The position numbers and the translations under genes were made by a program. The notes beneath the pieces are model-generated. The model had not been told where the DNA came from. It was given only the letters and a program-made list of their open reading frames with translations, and made no database searches. DNA of 56,964 nucleotides, filler included, from Malassezia furfur (lineage: Eukaryota): NCBI GenBank assembly GCA_052055015.1. It is 4 parts of 4 records of this genome, joined end to end, with 100 filler letters (N's around TTAATTAATTAA, not from the genome) between each part and the next. Parts side by side here need not be neighbours in the genome. Positions count along the whole stretch, not along the records: positions 14,418 to 28,610 come from JBQJIT010000291.1; positions 28,711 to 42,889 come from JBQJIT010000292.1; 2 more parts are not named here. One strand, given 5' to 3'. Below, one piece after another: positions 21,256-32,716 of this stretch; position 1 is the first letter of the stretch, and each line of letters begins with the position of its first letter.

Positions 21256-23821
21256 TTACGGCCCTGCATACATCCTATGAGCTTTTTGGTAGTCTCGCCG
21301 GACTTCCTCGATGGCCGACGCGCGGTCGTCCGTGACTTTCTCTACCGTAGCCGCAATCGTTTGACGTGCCATGGGCGGAGTGTCTTTGGACAGAAGAGAC
21401 CCATCCACTTGGATCTGCCTGGCGCTCCAACCGTTCAAGAGTTGGTCCACACTCTTCATGTGAGACAAGACTGGTGAGACGGCTTCCTTGCACTTCCATG
21501 AGCCATAGCCACGTACCGACTCCTTCCGGCGGTTGGAGATCGTCTCAAAGATACGCAAGCCCTGTATAATTAGAAACCGCACGTACCTCGATACCGATCC
21601 AGGCGGCATGCAACGCCTCAAAGCAATTCGCTGCCTTCTCCACCAAACTGGCAATGCCTGCGGTCAGTGAACACCACTTACGTTGAAAGAACAACGCCAC
21701 CGAAGTTACATGGGTATCCTTTCCGTGCAAAGAACGTACAAAGGACACCAACGCCGTTTCGGCGTCCGTCAGTTCGTCGCCCAGCTCCTGGGGAGCTGGC
21801 CCCTCCACATCCAGCACCGAGGCCACAACTTCCAGGAAGGTCGAAATCCACGAGGTGGCACGTTTGGGACCACATGAAGTGGCACGCTGGATAGCGTCCC
21901 ATTTGCTCTCATCGTAGCAAGGGATCAGCGTATCGTCTCGTTGATCGCTGAAGCCGCCTTTCGCAACAATAGCAACAAGCCGTTGTACTGTTTTGATTGC
22001 CTGCTTCTTTTCGTGCCCGTCGAGGCCCCCCTGGATCAATTTGGCACGGATCAGGTCGAGTTCAACGAGGGCTCGGGTGCAAGATGTATCCACCCATTTT
22101 TCAAACTCGGAGAGATGCGCGATCTGTGAAAACTTGTTGTTGGAGAACGCTTGACCGATGGCATCGGGGACTTCAAACTGGCTCTGAGCATAAAATTTCT
22201 TAAGGTGGTCGGTATACTGCTTGGCGTAGACTTTGTGGAGAGTACCTCCAAAGGCCGTGTTCCGATCCAAGCCATAATGCGAAGCCGCGTCCCACTGCAC
22301 TGCTTTCAATCCCAAGGCTTCGAAATGGTCTGCAGCTAAGTCAAGAGCACCAAACTGAAGCAGCAGGCGAATCAGCAAAAGACGAAGGTGATAGGCCTTG
22401 CCGCTCTCCGAGACACCATACAACGCGAGGCCCGTTGCGTCGGAAATGCATTCTGTAGTGCTCGAGGCCAGGGTTTCGAAGGCAGCAAGCACGACGAGGT
22501 CATCTCCAATCTGCATCTCGGTGTTAGGAAGCCGTGCTTGATCAAGCGACCGGGCATACTCGCGCAGCAGGCTCGTGGGCTGTGTTGTGGTTTCCTTGGA
22601 ATCCCCCAGCAAATAGTAAATTTTTCTTGCATTCACACAAGTCCTTATCCCATTTTCTGATGCCAAATTGTACTGCGTTCCCTTCACCTTCTCAACGAAT
22701 GCTTTGCTTTCTGGCTCGGTGAGGTTGACCAAATATGGGTGTAGGTCATCGAAGCACGAAGCGCGCGAGCTGAACCGCGAGAAGAATTTGGTCATCAATG
22801 GAACATAGTCCAATCCATGCTTGGTCAAGGCCTGGACGGGGAGTTTCGCATCGCGCGAAAGCCGGAATGCCTCAAGGATGCCAAGATACGAACCCCTGTC
22901 AGCCCATTTGTCCTTTTCGCACGCTGAAATCAGCACACGGACGTCGTGGTCGCACAACGCAGGGGACTCCGCTTTCAGGGATTCGCGCACCAGCGTTTGA
23001 GTGAACAGAGAAATGACGGCCCAATTGCGGTCCCCGTTCTCAATTCGAGAGCGACAATCGTCCAAGATGCGACCAAAGTCCCCATTTGCTTCCCAGGCTT
23101 CACGCAGCAGGAACTGGATGCTCAAACTGTTCTCCACCAGGCGCTTGGGCCCCGGTTCCTGCAGAAGGGCGAGTGCAGACCGGAACTGTTCCTTCCCCAA
23201 CAGCATGTAGAAACGCAGGTATAGGAACAGGGTCTCTTCGGTCAGTTGTGAGACATCCAAGGGGTGATCCTGAATGAGACGGTTTGCGACCTGCAGCGCC
23301 AGAACCGACCCTGGCGGTTTCAGCGATTGGGACTGCGTCAGTGTCGCGCGACGTACATGAAGCACCGCCAGCTGGATATATCGCCAGTAGCTCTGCTTGT
23401 CTTTTTTTGCCTTGAACTGCTTGAGTACCACCTGCTGAGCTCGCTGGTACATGCGCGCTTTCAGCAACGCGGTCAAAGCGTCCTCCGCCATATCCTTGTC
23501 CTTGGGATTGGCTTCGCTGGCAAGGACATACAGCTCTGCAAGTTTCTGGCCCATGCCCAGACGGGGCATGACGAGCGACAAGGGTGGCAGCACGCTCGTG
23601 CTCACATTTCCGCGAAGAAGCTGCTCGACCTGATCTTTGGCCTCGTCTTCCTGCCCCAGCTGGAGTAGCGCAATGGAGCGAAGGGCACCGGCGAGCGGGA
23701 GCCAGCCTTTGCGCAGCACTTGGTCCGCCTTGGTCAAGGCCAAGGGGTAGTTTCCTGTGTCTAGCGCATTGTAGATGTCGGAGCACCTGTACTGATCCAA
23801 CACGCTCCCACGAGTCGACAT
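21256..23821 (-). CDS. MDM20: NatB N-acetyltransferase auxiliary subunit (Mdm20/Naa25)
   Basis: IYNALDTGNYPLAL, DRGSYLG, FSSRASCFDDL and LGLKAVQWDAASH motifs. Introns 23333-23356, 21658-21681, 21562-21586 and possibly 21493-21516. Confidence 0.87.
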
Positions 23822-23854
23822 GAGCAGAGACAAGCTGGTGATTCCTCCACCTGC

Positions 23855-25177
23855 ATGGATGACCAGCCGAGCGACACCTCGTTGTCTCTTCCGAGCCCGC
23901 GGCACCTCGCAGGGGCCGGGGCGGCTCCTGCATCGGTAGCCGACTCGCCTACCCTATCGATTCGCCAACAGCGGGAGCGCACTATTCACCTCCCTGAATG
24001 CAGCTCCCCTTTGTTTCTCGCCGACCGCACGTCGCCCACCCCCGCACCGTCACCGAAGCGGCCACGTCGTGCGCGCCTCACAGCCGAAGAACGCGAGCAG
24101 AGACAAGCGGAGCATGTGCGAGAACTGGCCGAGCGGCAACGATGGCGCGAAGCCAACCGGATCCGGCAAAGGCGCTCGGACACCATGCGTGATTTAATTA
24201 TTCGGCTCGACGCTGAGGCCGCACAGGGACCACTTGCGCCGGTGCTCCCCCAGCTGCGGGAAAAGTGGGAATCGGACGGAGCCACTGTGCATATCTCGAC
24301 TCCCTCGCTCGTGCAGGCGCCGAACAAGACGGGTGTCGTGGTATTTGAACGCCGTGTGCGGTCGGAATACGACCCTGTCCAGAAGCTATGGACCCCGCTC
24401 GACGAGGAGCAAGTCCTGCGTGAAGCGACACGCCTGCACATTGCTGCGCCCGAGGCACTGCAAGATTTGGTGCGCCGCGGATGTCTCGCCGACGAGCTCG
24501 TGCACGCCGTGCCCCCCGCACTGGGCCCCAGCGTACATGTGGAGACGCCGGTGCGGCACGTCCTGGTGGTGCTGGGCCTCGACGCCTACCTCAAGCAGCT
24601 GCGCACCGCACAGCACCGCGCGTATACCGAGCATGTGCGGCAGCGAGTACAGCATGGTCAAAGCAGTACGCGTCTGCAGCTCCCCAGTGAGGAAGATGCG
24701 CGCGCCGAAATTGACCAGGCCCTGCTTCGTCTGCAAATGCTCCACGCCTGCTACGTGGTGCAGATACCGCAGGTGCACGACGCGGTCGACTACCTGTATT
24801 CCATTGCGTGCGACGTCTCTATACGTCCCTACAAGCTGCTCGAGGCCCGGCGTGACGCACCCGTGCGTGCTTCGCGCACCATTACGGGGCAGTCCAATCT
24901 GGCCACGTTCCAAGCGATGCTCGAGCAGATCCCACGCTGCACTCCCGCAGCCATTTATGCCATCACCGAACGATACCCCACCTTTCATTCGCTGATGGCG
25001 GCCTTTGCCTCGAAAACACCCGAGGAGGGCACGGCGCTGTTGAGCTCGCTCGAGGTACGTCAACGGCTAACGCAGTGTCAAAGCGGACGAAGTACGCGGC
25101 GTCTCGGCCCGCAACTGGCGCGGCGTATCTACGATGTCTTTACGAACGAAAACGGCGAGGCGCCCATCGACGCATAG
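23855..25177 (+). CDS. EME1: Mus81 partner Eme1/Mms4 (ERCC4-like domain plus HhH)
   Basis: RVRSEYD...WTP, LLRLQM, C-terminal AMLEQIPRCT...AITERYPT...RRLGPQLARRIY. In-frame 21-nt intron 25055-25075. Confidence 0.8.
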   Translation: MDDQPSDTSLSLPSPRHLAGAGAAPASVADSPTLSIRQQRERTIHLPECSSPLFLADRTSPTPAPSPKRPRRARLTAEEREQRQAEHVRELAERQRWREANRIRQRRSDTMRDLIIRLDAEAAQGPLAPVLPQLREKWESDGATVHISTPSLVQAPNKTGVVVFERRVRSEYDPVQKLWTPLDEEQVLREATRLHIAAPEALQDLVRRGCLADELVHAVPPALGPSVHVETPVRHVLVVLGLDAYLKQLRTAQHRAYTEHVRQRVQHGQSSTRLQLPSEEDARAEIDQALLRLQMLHACYVVQIPQVHDAVDYLYSIACDVSIRPYKLLEARRDAPVRASRTITGQSNLATFQAMLEQIPRCTPAAIYAITERYPTFHSLMAAFASKTPEEGTALLSSLEVRQRLTQCQSGRSTRRLGPQLARRIYDVFTNENGEAPIDA

Positions 25178-25178
25178 G

Positions 25179-26540
25179 CTACACGGACGGCACCGGCGCC
25201 TCGCCCAGATGGAGGAACGAGGCGGGGTAGCGCATACGGAACTGCACGGACGCCAGCGCGTCCTGTGCGTCGCGTGCCATACGCACGTCGGAGAAAAAGG
25301 CCTGCGCACTGTCGAGCACCTGCCGGTCCTTGGCCGAGAACCCACTCTCGATCCGGTCGACGTAGGCGCCCTCGGTGAATAAGACGTGGGCGGGCGCCAA
25401 GGAAGGCGCTTCCCAGCCATACAGGTTCGAGATGGACTCGTACATTTCGTAGCGGAACGACTCGTACGACGTCTTGTGTGTCTGTCCTCGGTCGGTCCAT
25501 GCGCCACGCAGCTCGCGTGGCCAGCCGCCGGTGAACATGGACGAGTTCAGCTTGAGTCGCTGCGACTCCTCCGATTCATTCAGCACCGGGCCGCTTCCGA
25601 TCCAACGGATGTCCAGCTGGAGGAGCCGCGACGCACCCATCTTTTCCAGCAACAGGTCCTCGCCCTCGACACTCAGCTGCTGGAAAAACGGCCGGAGCCG
25701 CGAGGCCATAATGTCTGTTGGGCGGTAGGAAAACTTGCGTGTGTCGTACCGAAGGTAGGTGACGCCGGGCGTCCAGTCGGGGTCAAACACATCCTGCGAC
25801 AGATCGATCTGGGTGTTGGAATTCTGTACAAGGTAGGCGTGCAGGAAGCTCCCCGGGCTCGTGCTCCCGACACACAGCGGCTCCAGCACATCGATCGGCA
25901 TGGGCAGCCCTGTGAGCTCGCTTTGGGGATCGACGCCGGTGATGTGCAAGTACCGCAGCCGGCGCCGAAGCCTCGGTACGCGCTTCTTCCACGTTGATGG
26001 CACGGTGTAGGCGCCGCGTGCCGCGTTCGTATTGGGGTACGGCGGAAAGATGGTGCGCAGCAGACTTTCGTTCCCATTGTACGTCAGCCGAAGGCTGATG
26101 GGCGACACTTGGTCCAGACACGCGGCAAACGCCTGCAGCTCGGCACTTCCGAGCGAGAGCGCATCCAGGTTGGGAAAGTACGTGAGGAACTCGTGCTCGC
26201 TGACCATGCGCTGCCGCTCGTCGGCAGGCAGTTCGGCGAGGTAGGTAAGCAGGTCGGTGGTCGCCAGTTCCGTGTTGACCAACAGGATTCGGGTATACTT
26301 GGCCGGGTTCCTGCTCGGCACGGACACTGTCTCTTGCGCATCACCCGCGGCCTGGAGGGCACACAAAAACTGCAAGAGGCACACGAGCGACTCGACCGAC
26401 GTGAGGGAGATGGACCGCCAGCGGGCTTCCTTGGTGCAGGTGCACGCCAGCTTCGATACGTATGCCAGCGACCTTGCCGTACGACTGTCTGCGTTCGCGG
26501 CGCGCACGAAGATGCTGCGGAGCAGTTCAGACGGGAGCAT
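25179..26540 (-). CDS. Hypothetical protein with F-box-like N-terminus
   Basis: 453-aa ORF; MLPSELLRSIF...LAYVSK resembles the start of an F-box. No other recognisable motif. Confidence 0.6.
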   Translation of the reverse strand: MLPSELLRSIFVRAANADSRTARSLAYVSKLACTCTKEARWRSISLTSVESLVCLLQFLCALQAAGDAQETVSVPSRNPAKYTRILLVNTELATTDLLTYLAELPADERQRMVSEHEFLTYFPNLDALSLGSAELQAFAACLDQVSPISLRLTYNGNESLLRTIFPPYPNTNAARGAYTVPSTWKKRVPRLRRRLRYLHITGVDPQSELTGLPMPIDVLEPLCVGSTSPGSFLHAYLVQNSNTQIDLSQDVFDPDWTPGVTYLRYDTRKFSYRPTDIMASRLRPFFQQLSVEGEDLLLEKMGASRLLQLDIRWIGSGPVLNESEESQRLKLNSSMFTGGWPRELRGAWTDRGQTHKTSYESFRYEMYESISNLYGWEAPSLAPAHVLFTEGAYVDRIESGFSAKDRQVLDSAQAFFSDVRMARDAQDALASVQFRMRYPASFLHLGEAPVPSV

Positions 26541-26638
26541 GGTGCATGGTGGGTGCGGGGTTCCTCTGATAAGCGCACGGACGTCGATTGTACCATCGAA
26601 TTACATACGCACTTGACCTTCCCTACGGTGATCGAAAT

Positions 26639-26737
26639 GGCAGGGTAGCAAAGTGGTCTAATGCAGCGGCCTTAAGCAGCCGAGTGTTTTACACTCGCGA
26701 GATCCGCCATTCGCGGGTTCGAACCCCGCCCTTGCCA
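26639..26737 (+). tRNA. tRNA-Leu(TAA), atypical, with probable intron 26677-26701
   Basis: Acceptor GGCAGGG/CCTTGCC plus discriminator A; D-arm GCAAAGTGGTCTAATGC; CT-TAA-G loop with anticodon at 26673-26675; T-arm GCGGG-TTCGAAC-CCCGC; T-rich terminator downstream. Confidence 0.85.
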
Positions 26738-26746
26738 TTTATTTTT
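26738..26746 (+). terminator. RNA polymerase III T-tract terminator of the tRNA
   Basis: TTTATTTTT immediately after the discriminator base. Confidence 0.7.
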
Positions 26747-28484
26747 CCAGGAGCTGCACGGCCACCGGACCGTAAGCGTGCGCCTGGTGCAGGTGCAGCG
26801 CCCCGGCCGTAGCCAGCACGAGCAGATGCCACACTGGTGAGCGATGCACGTACGAGCATTCGCCGCATGGCGCGCGGGGTGCTTTGGCGCGACGAGCTGG
26901 TCAAACGTGAGCCGCCGGGTCGCCGACGTCTCGCACAGGAGCCGCACGTACACGAGAAAGTCGTGCGTCTCGGGCTCGACCTGCGCAGTATAGGGCGCCG
27001 CCTCGGGCACCTCCGAGACTGCATGAGCCAATACAACCCACCATCAAAGCGGGCATCCTCAGGGCCCTGGCCCATCCACGACGGCACCAACGACGATCGC
27101 GCACTGACCACCGGCGACGCAAGGCGCGCACTGGCTCCGGAGTCGCGGGGTCTGGTGAGCAAAAAACGTACCTGCGTAGCTCGGGCAGCTCGCGCGAGAG
27201 GTCCGGCGAGGGCAGCGAGTAGGCGCCGCCATGCAGCACGCTCGAGAAACTGTCGTTCCAGTGAGCGTCGCTACGGCTTTGGGGGGTCATACCTGGCGCC
27301 TGCGCCGCGCCCAGGTGGCTCCAGGGGTACACGGCGAGCGCCGGGTCTACATCGCTCCCGTCCAATGCACGGCCTACCTCGGGCGACGGCGGCGGCAGCT
27401 CACTGGGCTCGAGCGGCGCAAGGTCCATCGGCTCGGCGTCGTGCGGCGAACGCTGCCGCACGGCCCACTCGTGCTTGCGCGCCTGCGCGCAGTGCTGAAA
27501 GTGGGATGCGAGTGACGCGAGGCGCTGCCCGACAGTGCGCTGCCACAGCGACTCGCGGTGTGGGCTCGTGAGCGCGCCTAAGTGAGAACGGCACGTACAC
27601 AACCATGCAATAGGCCCATGCGGCGCTGCATCGGCGATCGTGTACCAGGCCGGCTCGCGCTGCGGCGGGGTGCATCGCTGTGCCCACTCCTCGGGTGTGT
27701 AGCCGATGCGTTGGTCGCTGCGGCATACCAAAGGCCGCTGGGCGGCCGCGTGCTGCAGACACACGGCGCGGTAGTTGTTGTCCGGCTCGGCCGCCGGCAG
27801 CGGCAGGCGGCTCAGGTCTGCGCGGGCCTGCGGCGTGCGGTCCAAGACAAAGTCGGGGGCCGCAGGCATGTCGCGCGGCCCCTCGACGAGTAGGTCGAGG
27901 TCCATGGGCTCGCTGAGGTCCAGCGGGGCGCCGAGCTCCGTAGATGCCCACGACGTCTCGGCATGGTCCGTGCGAGGCGGTGTGGGCGACGGCAGGGTGC
28001 GGTGCGGGGCGAGGAGCGTCGCACGCGCCGGTGCCGGCGTGCGTATGCGCATGCGGTGCACGGGGTCGTACAGGAGGGTGCCTATGTCGTCAAGCGCGTA
28101 CGTATACGACGACGCCGGGGGGCACTTGTGCAAGAGGTGCCGCAGCTGTGCCTCGGTGGTGTGCACGTCCTGTGCAATGCATGGGCGCCGGAGGCGTTTC
28201 CACTCGCGTGCTGTGCGGCGCACGTCGCGAGCCCATGCCTCGAGCTGCAGCTGAAAGATGCGCGCGGCGCCGAGGAGCACAAAACTCGTCTGGACGAGCA
28301 TGCGCGGCGTGGTGGAGAGATGGGCGGCGAGACTGCATTACGGGCATGCGTACCAGACCTGTGCGACGTCCACGCCGAGAATATGGCGCATCTTGAGGCG
28401 CACATGGCACGACGACGTGCCGAGGGTCGCGGCGATCCTGCATCAGTGCCCCACGCACCATACACAGTCGGCGCTCGAGGCCAT
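26739..28484 (-). CDS. REC8: Meiotic cohesin kleisin Rec8 (Rad21/Rec8 family)
   Basis: Spliced N-terminus VWIAATLGTSS...ILGVDVAQVC...SFVLLGAARIF and C-terminal winged helix HDFLVYV...LTFDQLV...AANALWHLLVLATAG.LHLHQAHAYGPV. Introns 28438-28458, 28333-28353, 27578-27598 (tentative), 27152-27171, 27019-27041 and 26834-26853. Confidence 0.8.
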
Positions 28485-28610
28485 AGCGGGCGCTTCTGCA
28501 GCATGGCATTATATAGGCTCTACGGATGGTATGTGGCACGGTGGTGCGGCTCGGCCCGCTGCCGCTGTGCGGCCCGACCCGCTGCCGCCGCCGCGCGCAC
28601 CGCTGCTGCG

Positions 28611-28710
28611 NNNNNNNNNNNNNNNNNNNNNNNNNNNNNNNNNNNNNNNNNNNNTTAATTAATTAANNNNNNNNNNNNNNNNNNNNNNNNNNNNNNNNNN
28701 NNNNNNNNNN
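28611..28710. other. Assembly gap with artificial linker
   Basis: N44-TTAATTAATTAA-N44. Confidence 0.97.
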
Positions 28711-29119
28711 AGTGGTGCGGCACGTTTGATGTGTGGATCCAGGGCGACGTGCAGGCGTCGGCGCGGGGGCTGGGCAGTGTGCCTGGTGCGCCCGAGTCGG
28801 CGGCGTGGGCGGCGCATGCAGTGGCCGCGACGGCACCGACGAGCGCGTCTGACGCACCCAGCCGTGCGGCTGCCGCAAAACCGTCGCGTGCACCACGCGC
28901 CGCGCCTGCTGCGCGGGGCGCGTCGCGCGGGGCCCATGCGCCGCTGGGCTTTGAGTCCGGCAAGCTGAGCACCGCGGCGCGGCGCGGCAAGGCGTGAGAG
29001 CCACGTGGCCGTCAGTGCGCCATCGATCCGCGGCCGTAGTCTTAGGTCACGTGTAGAACCCGGTCCGATCGTCTCCGCAAGCGCCCGGCGGCGCGGCCGG
29101 GGTATTCTCCGGAACCATC

Positions 29120-30151
29120 ATGCTTGCTGCTCGTCTTACGCGTATGGCCGTGCCGGCCCTGCCCCGCGCTTCGGCGCGCACGTTCGCGACGTCGTCGTCG
29201 CGTCTTGCCAACACGCTGCTGTTTCTGGAGCACAAAAAGGGCGAGATCAACCCCGCATCGCTCTCGGCGCTAACCGCCGCGTCGAAGCTCGGCGGGGATG
29301 TGCACGCGCTCGTCGTTGGCAAGAGCGACGAGGCGAAAGCGATCGCTGAGAAGGCCTCCAAGGTCTCGGGCCTCGCCAAGGTGCTCGTCTCGAGCTCGGA
29401 TGCGTTTGCGCACCAGCTCGCTGAGCCGATCGCGCCGCTGATCAAGGAGCTCGTGGAGAAGAACGGCTACACGCACGTCACCGCAGGCCACACTGCCGTG
29501 GGCCGTGACGTGATCCCGCGTGCCTCGGCGCTGATCGACACGCAGCAGGTGTCGGACATTATCCAGGTGGATGGCGAGAAGGAGTTTGTGCGTCCTATCT
29601 ACGCCGGCAATGCGCTGGCCTCGGTCAAGTCGGACGACAAGGTGGTCGTGTTCACCGTGCGTGGCACCGCCTTTGACGCGGCCAAGGCCGAGGGCGGCAG
29701 CGCCTCGGTCGAGGAGGTGTCGGCCGGCCCGTGCCCCGAGCCGACCAAGTTTGTCGAGGAGAAGATCAACGAGAGCACCCGTCCGGACCTCGGCACCGCC
29801 GCGCGTGTCGTGTCGGGTGGCCGTGCGCTCAAGTCCGCCGAGGGCTTCACCAAGTACATTGAGCCGCTTGCCGACAAGCTGAACGCCGCGGTGGGTGCGT
29901 CGCGTGCGGCCGTCGACGCCGGCTACGCGGACAACGCGCTGCAGGTCGGCCAGACGGGCAAGATCGTCGCGCCGGAGCTGTACGTCGCCGTGGGTATCAG
30001 CGGTGCCATCCAGCACCTGGCTGGCATGAAGGACAGCAAGACGATCGTTGCGATCAACAAGGACCCCGAGGCGCCCATCTTCCAGGTGGCCGACCTCGGT
30101 TTGGTGGCCGACCTGTACGAGGCGGTGCCCGAGCTCACCGAGAAGCTCTAA
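29120..30151 (+). CDS. ETFA: Electron transfer flavoprotein alpha subunit (mitochondrial)
   Basis: [26 protein letters not shown] and [32 protein letters not shown]. Confidence 0.97.
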   Translation: MLAARLTRMAVPALPRASARTFATSSSRLANTLLFLEHKKGEINPASLSALTAASKLGGDVHALVVGKSDEAKAIAEKASKVSGLAKVLVSSSDAFAHQLAEPIAPLIKELVEKNGYTHVTAGHTAVGRDVIPRASALIDTQQVSDIIQVDGEKEFVRPIYAGNALASVKSDDKVVVFTVRGTAFDAAKAEGGSASVEEVSAGPCPEPTKFVEEKINESTRPDLGTAARVVSGGRALKSAEGFTKYIEPLADKLNAAVGASRAAVDAGYADNALQVGQTGKIVAPELYVAVGISGAIQHLAGMKDSKTIVAINKDPEAPIFQVADLGLVADLYEAVPELTEKL

Positions 30152-30173
30152 GCTAGACCCTGTAGAGTGCACC

Positions 30174-32714
30174 TTACTCGACCCACGCGACGTATGCTAG
30201 CGTCTGCGCGTCGTCACCCAGCACCACACACGTGCGCCCACGCACCGCCAGGCGGCTCGGCGCACCGTCGTCCCACACACACGGCACCGTATGGGCCCAG
30301 TCGGCGTCGCGCGGCGCGGGCGTTGCGTCGTACGCCAGCGCGGCGAGCGCCACGACGCCCAGCGCGTACGGGCCGCGACCGTGCAACACCACGAGGTGCG
30401 TGTCGTCCTGGGCGCCGATGTCAAGCACGTCAGACACCCGCACACACGCCGTGCCGCCGTCGGCCCGCACGATGCGCACCTCGTCTGGCGCCGTGCGCAG
30501 TGCCGTGTACGCTCCAACACGGCACACTTGCATCGCCGGGCACGGCGCAGGGCGCACGTCCGTGGGCGCCGAGCACCACGTATCGTCGCGCCGCACGGCG
30601 TCCCACGCGCCGAGCGGAGCCCGGGTCGTGCGTGCCTGCTCCATGGTGCGCCGCAGCGCCGCAGAAAGCAGCACGGCGATGCGCTCCGTCACCTCGCTGA
30701 AGCGCGCGCCGAGCGTCTGGGCGTCGCCGGGGAGCGCCCGGGGCCCGGTAAATGCGTGCTCCGGCGGGACAAAGAGCTGCGGCACGTCGTACACGCGCGC
30801 TTCCGACGCGGTCAATTGCGGCGCCTCGAGGTAGGCCAAAGCCGCATCGATCGATGCATCGAGCGACGGCACTTGGGTCGCAGGCGGCGCCTCGGCGTAC
30901 ACGGCCTCCGCCGCGTCATGGACGGGCGGCGGCGCGTGCGAGGTGTCGTCCATCGAGGTGTCGTGCTGCGGCGCGGCGCTGGGCGGCGTCTCGGGCGCAC
31001 CCAGCAGCGCATCAAGCTCAGGCGAGACAAATCCTCGACGTACGAGCTCAAGCACCGTGAGGGTATCGTGTGCCGGAATCACGCGCGGCATCTCTTCCGT
31101 CTTGAGGCGCTCCTGCCGGTCTTGCTCTGCGATCAGCCACATACCCTGTACGTACCCATGCGCCACCACTTGAAGAATTCGTCGAGGGCAAGCAGCTCGC
31201 GCTCCGCCGTCTCCTGCAAGGCACGTACCGTCGCGAGGCACGTCTGCACCGCACGTACCAGCGCCGCGAGCTCGGCGGCAGGTAGCGCAAAAGGTGCAAA
31301 GCGCTCCGGCCACGCAGCACATCCCTGTAGCTCGACGAGGAGCACGAGGATGTGCTCACACGCGGGGATGAGCGTCGTCCCTGCGTACCGCCGGACGAGT
31401 TTGAGTCCGCGCCGCGCGTCTTGCTCCATAGCGATCGTAGCCTGGGTCAGCAAGGAGACCACGTACGCCCTCGGTGAGATTGTGCAGCAGCAGCTGCTCG
31501 GACGCTGCACCGCCGTAGCCCGTTGTGATCAGCGCCATAAGCTCCACCCCCAGGTCGACGGCATGCCGTTTCGATAGGTCTGTGAGTTGCGTGTGCCACT
31601 CGACTGCGCGTGGGCGCGCGAGCGTACGCCACGCATGTGCCGCACTCTCAACCGCGTCCGCGGCGTGCGCGAGCTCGTGCTGCAGCGCCGTCGCAAGCTC
31701 GGCGAGGTGCATCACTGCGGGGAACGCCGTGTCGAGCGGCGAGGCCACGCGTACCGACGCAAGCGCCTCATTGTCGCGAACGAGCGCCGTCGCGTGTGTG
31801 TGCGTGGCATGCAGCAGCACACCGTCGGCCGTGCTGAGCGCACACGCGCCCAACGACACGGTGCCGTCGAGGAACACGTGCAAGACCTGCCCGCCGTCCT
31901 GCACACACAGCAGCGATGTCGGCTCCTGCTTGTCGTCCTTCCATGCGCGCGGGAGTGCGGGCACGCGCGCCAGCACGCCTTCGCCATGCGCGACCCGTGT
32001 GCTTGGCAGCGACACCGTCGCGGCATGGCGCGCGTTGGGCATCCGCGTGTGCGTTCCTGCAGGCACGCCGACAGGCTCGAGCGGCGGCAGGGGCGCGAGT
32101 GTATGCACCATCGTGAGTGCCTGCGACGTGATGTTCGGCGCCTCAACCGGGACCCATGTCATGCTCGTACTGTGCACTTCGGTGCACGGCACGACGTGCG
32201 TCGTGAGCACTTGGCCGTCGTCGACGGCGTAGAGAAGCACTGCCGACGCATGCTCGTCGTTCCGCGTCGCAAAGAGGCGCACCGCCAGTCGCTCGCCTGC
32301 ATCAGTCACACACGTACCGTTCGGACTCCAGCACAGCTGCGCGACGCGCGCGGTTTCAGTGCCTTCGCGCGCGTCGGTGGAGAAGAGTGGTTTGGGCAGC
32401 ACGATATCCACCTCCCAGATCTGACTCAATTCCTTCCCCGTACGCCACAGAGCAAGCTTGATCTGAGGCCCACGTCGCAGGCCGCTCCCTGCACGCTGCG
32501 CCGCAGCGGGATTCGCAACGCCGAGTCGGCGCGCTTGGAACGCGAGCATTTTTTGGCGCATCGCCAGCTGGGCGGGCGTCAGGCCCGGTGGACCGACCGA
32601 CGTTGAAGCCGGTACACTGTCCAGGCACACCAGCGCGGTCACATCCATGCATGGGTTGCATGCCGACGCAAGCAGCCGCGCCGTCTTGGGCAGCTTGACG
32701 CGCCGGGCGCTCAT
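30174..32714 (-). CDS. APC4: Anaphase-promoting complex subunit 4
   Basis: SACNPCMDVTAL, LCWSPNGERLAV (WD40 region), and later LIPACEHILVLLVELQG.A.WP...ERELLALDEFFKWWRME. Introns 32297-32317, 31442-31466 and 31127-31155. Confidence 0.75.
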
Positions 32715-32716
32715 TC

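Noticed and set aside
28520..28990. Possible minus-strand gene spanning the second gap
   Set aside because: Low-complexity GC-rich frames with no recognisable motif and no confident start codon; cannot be supported.
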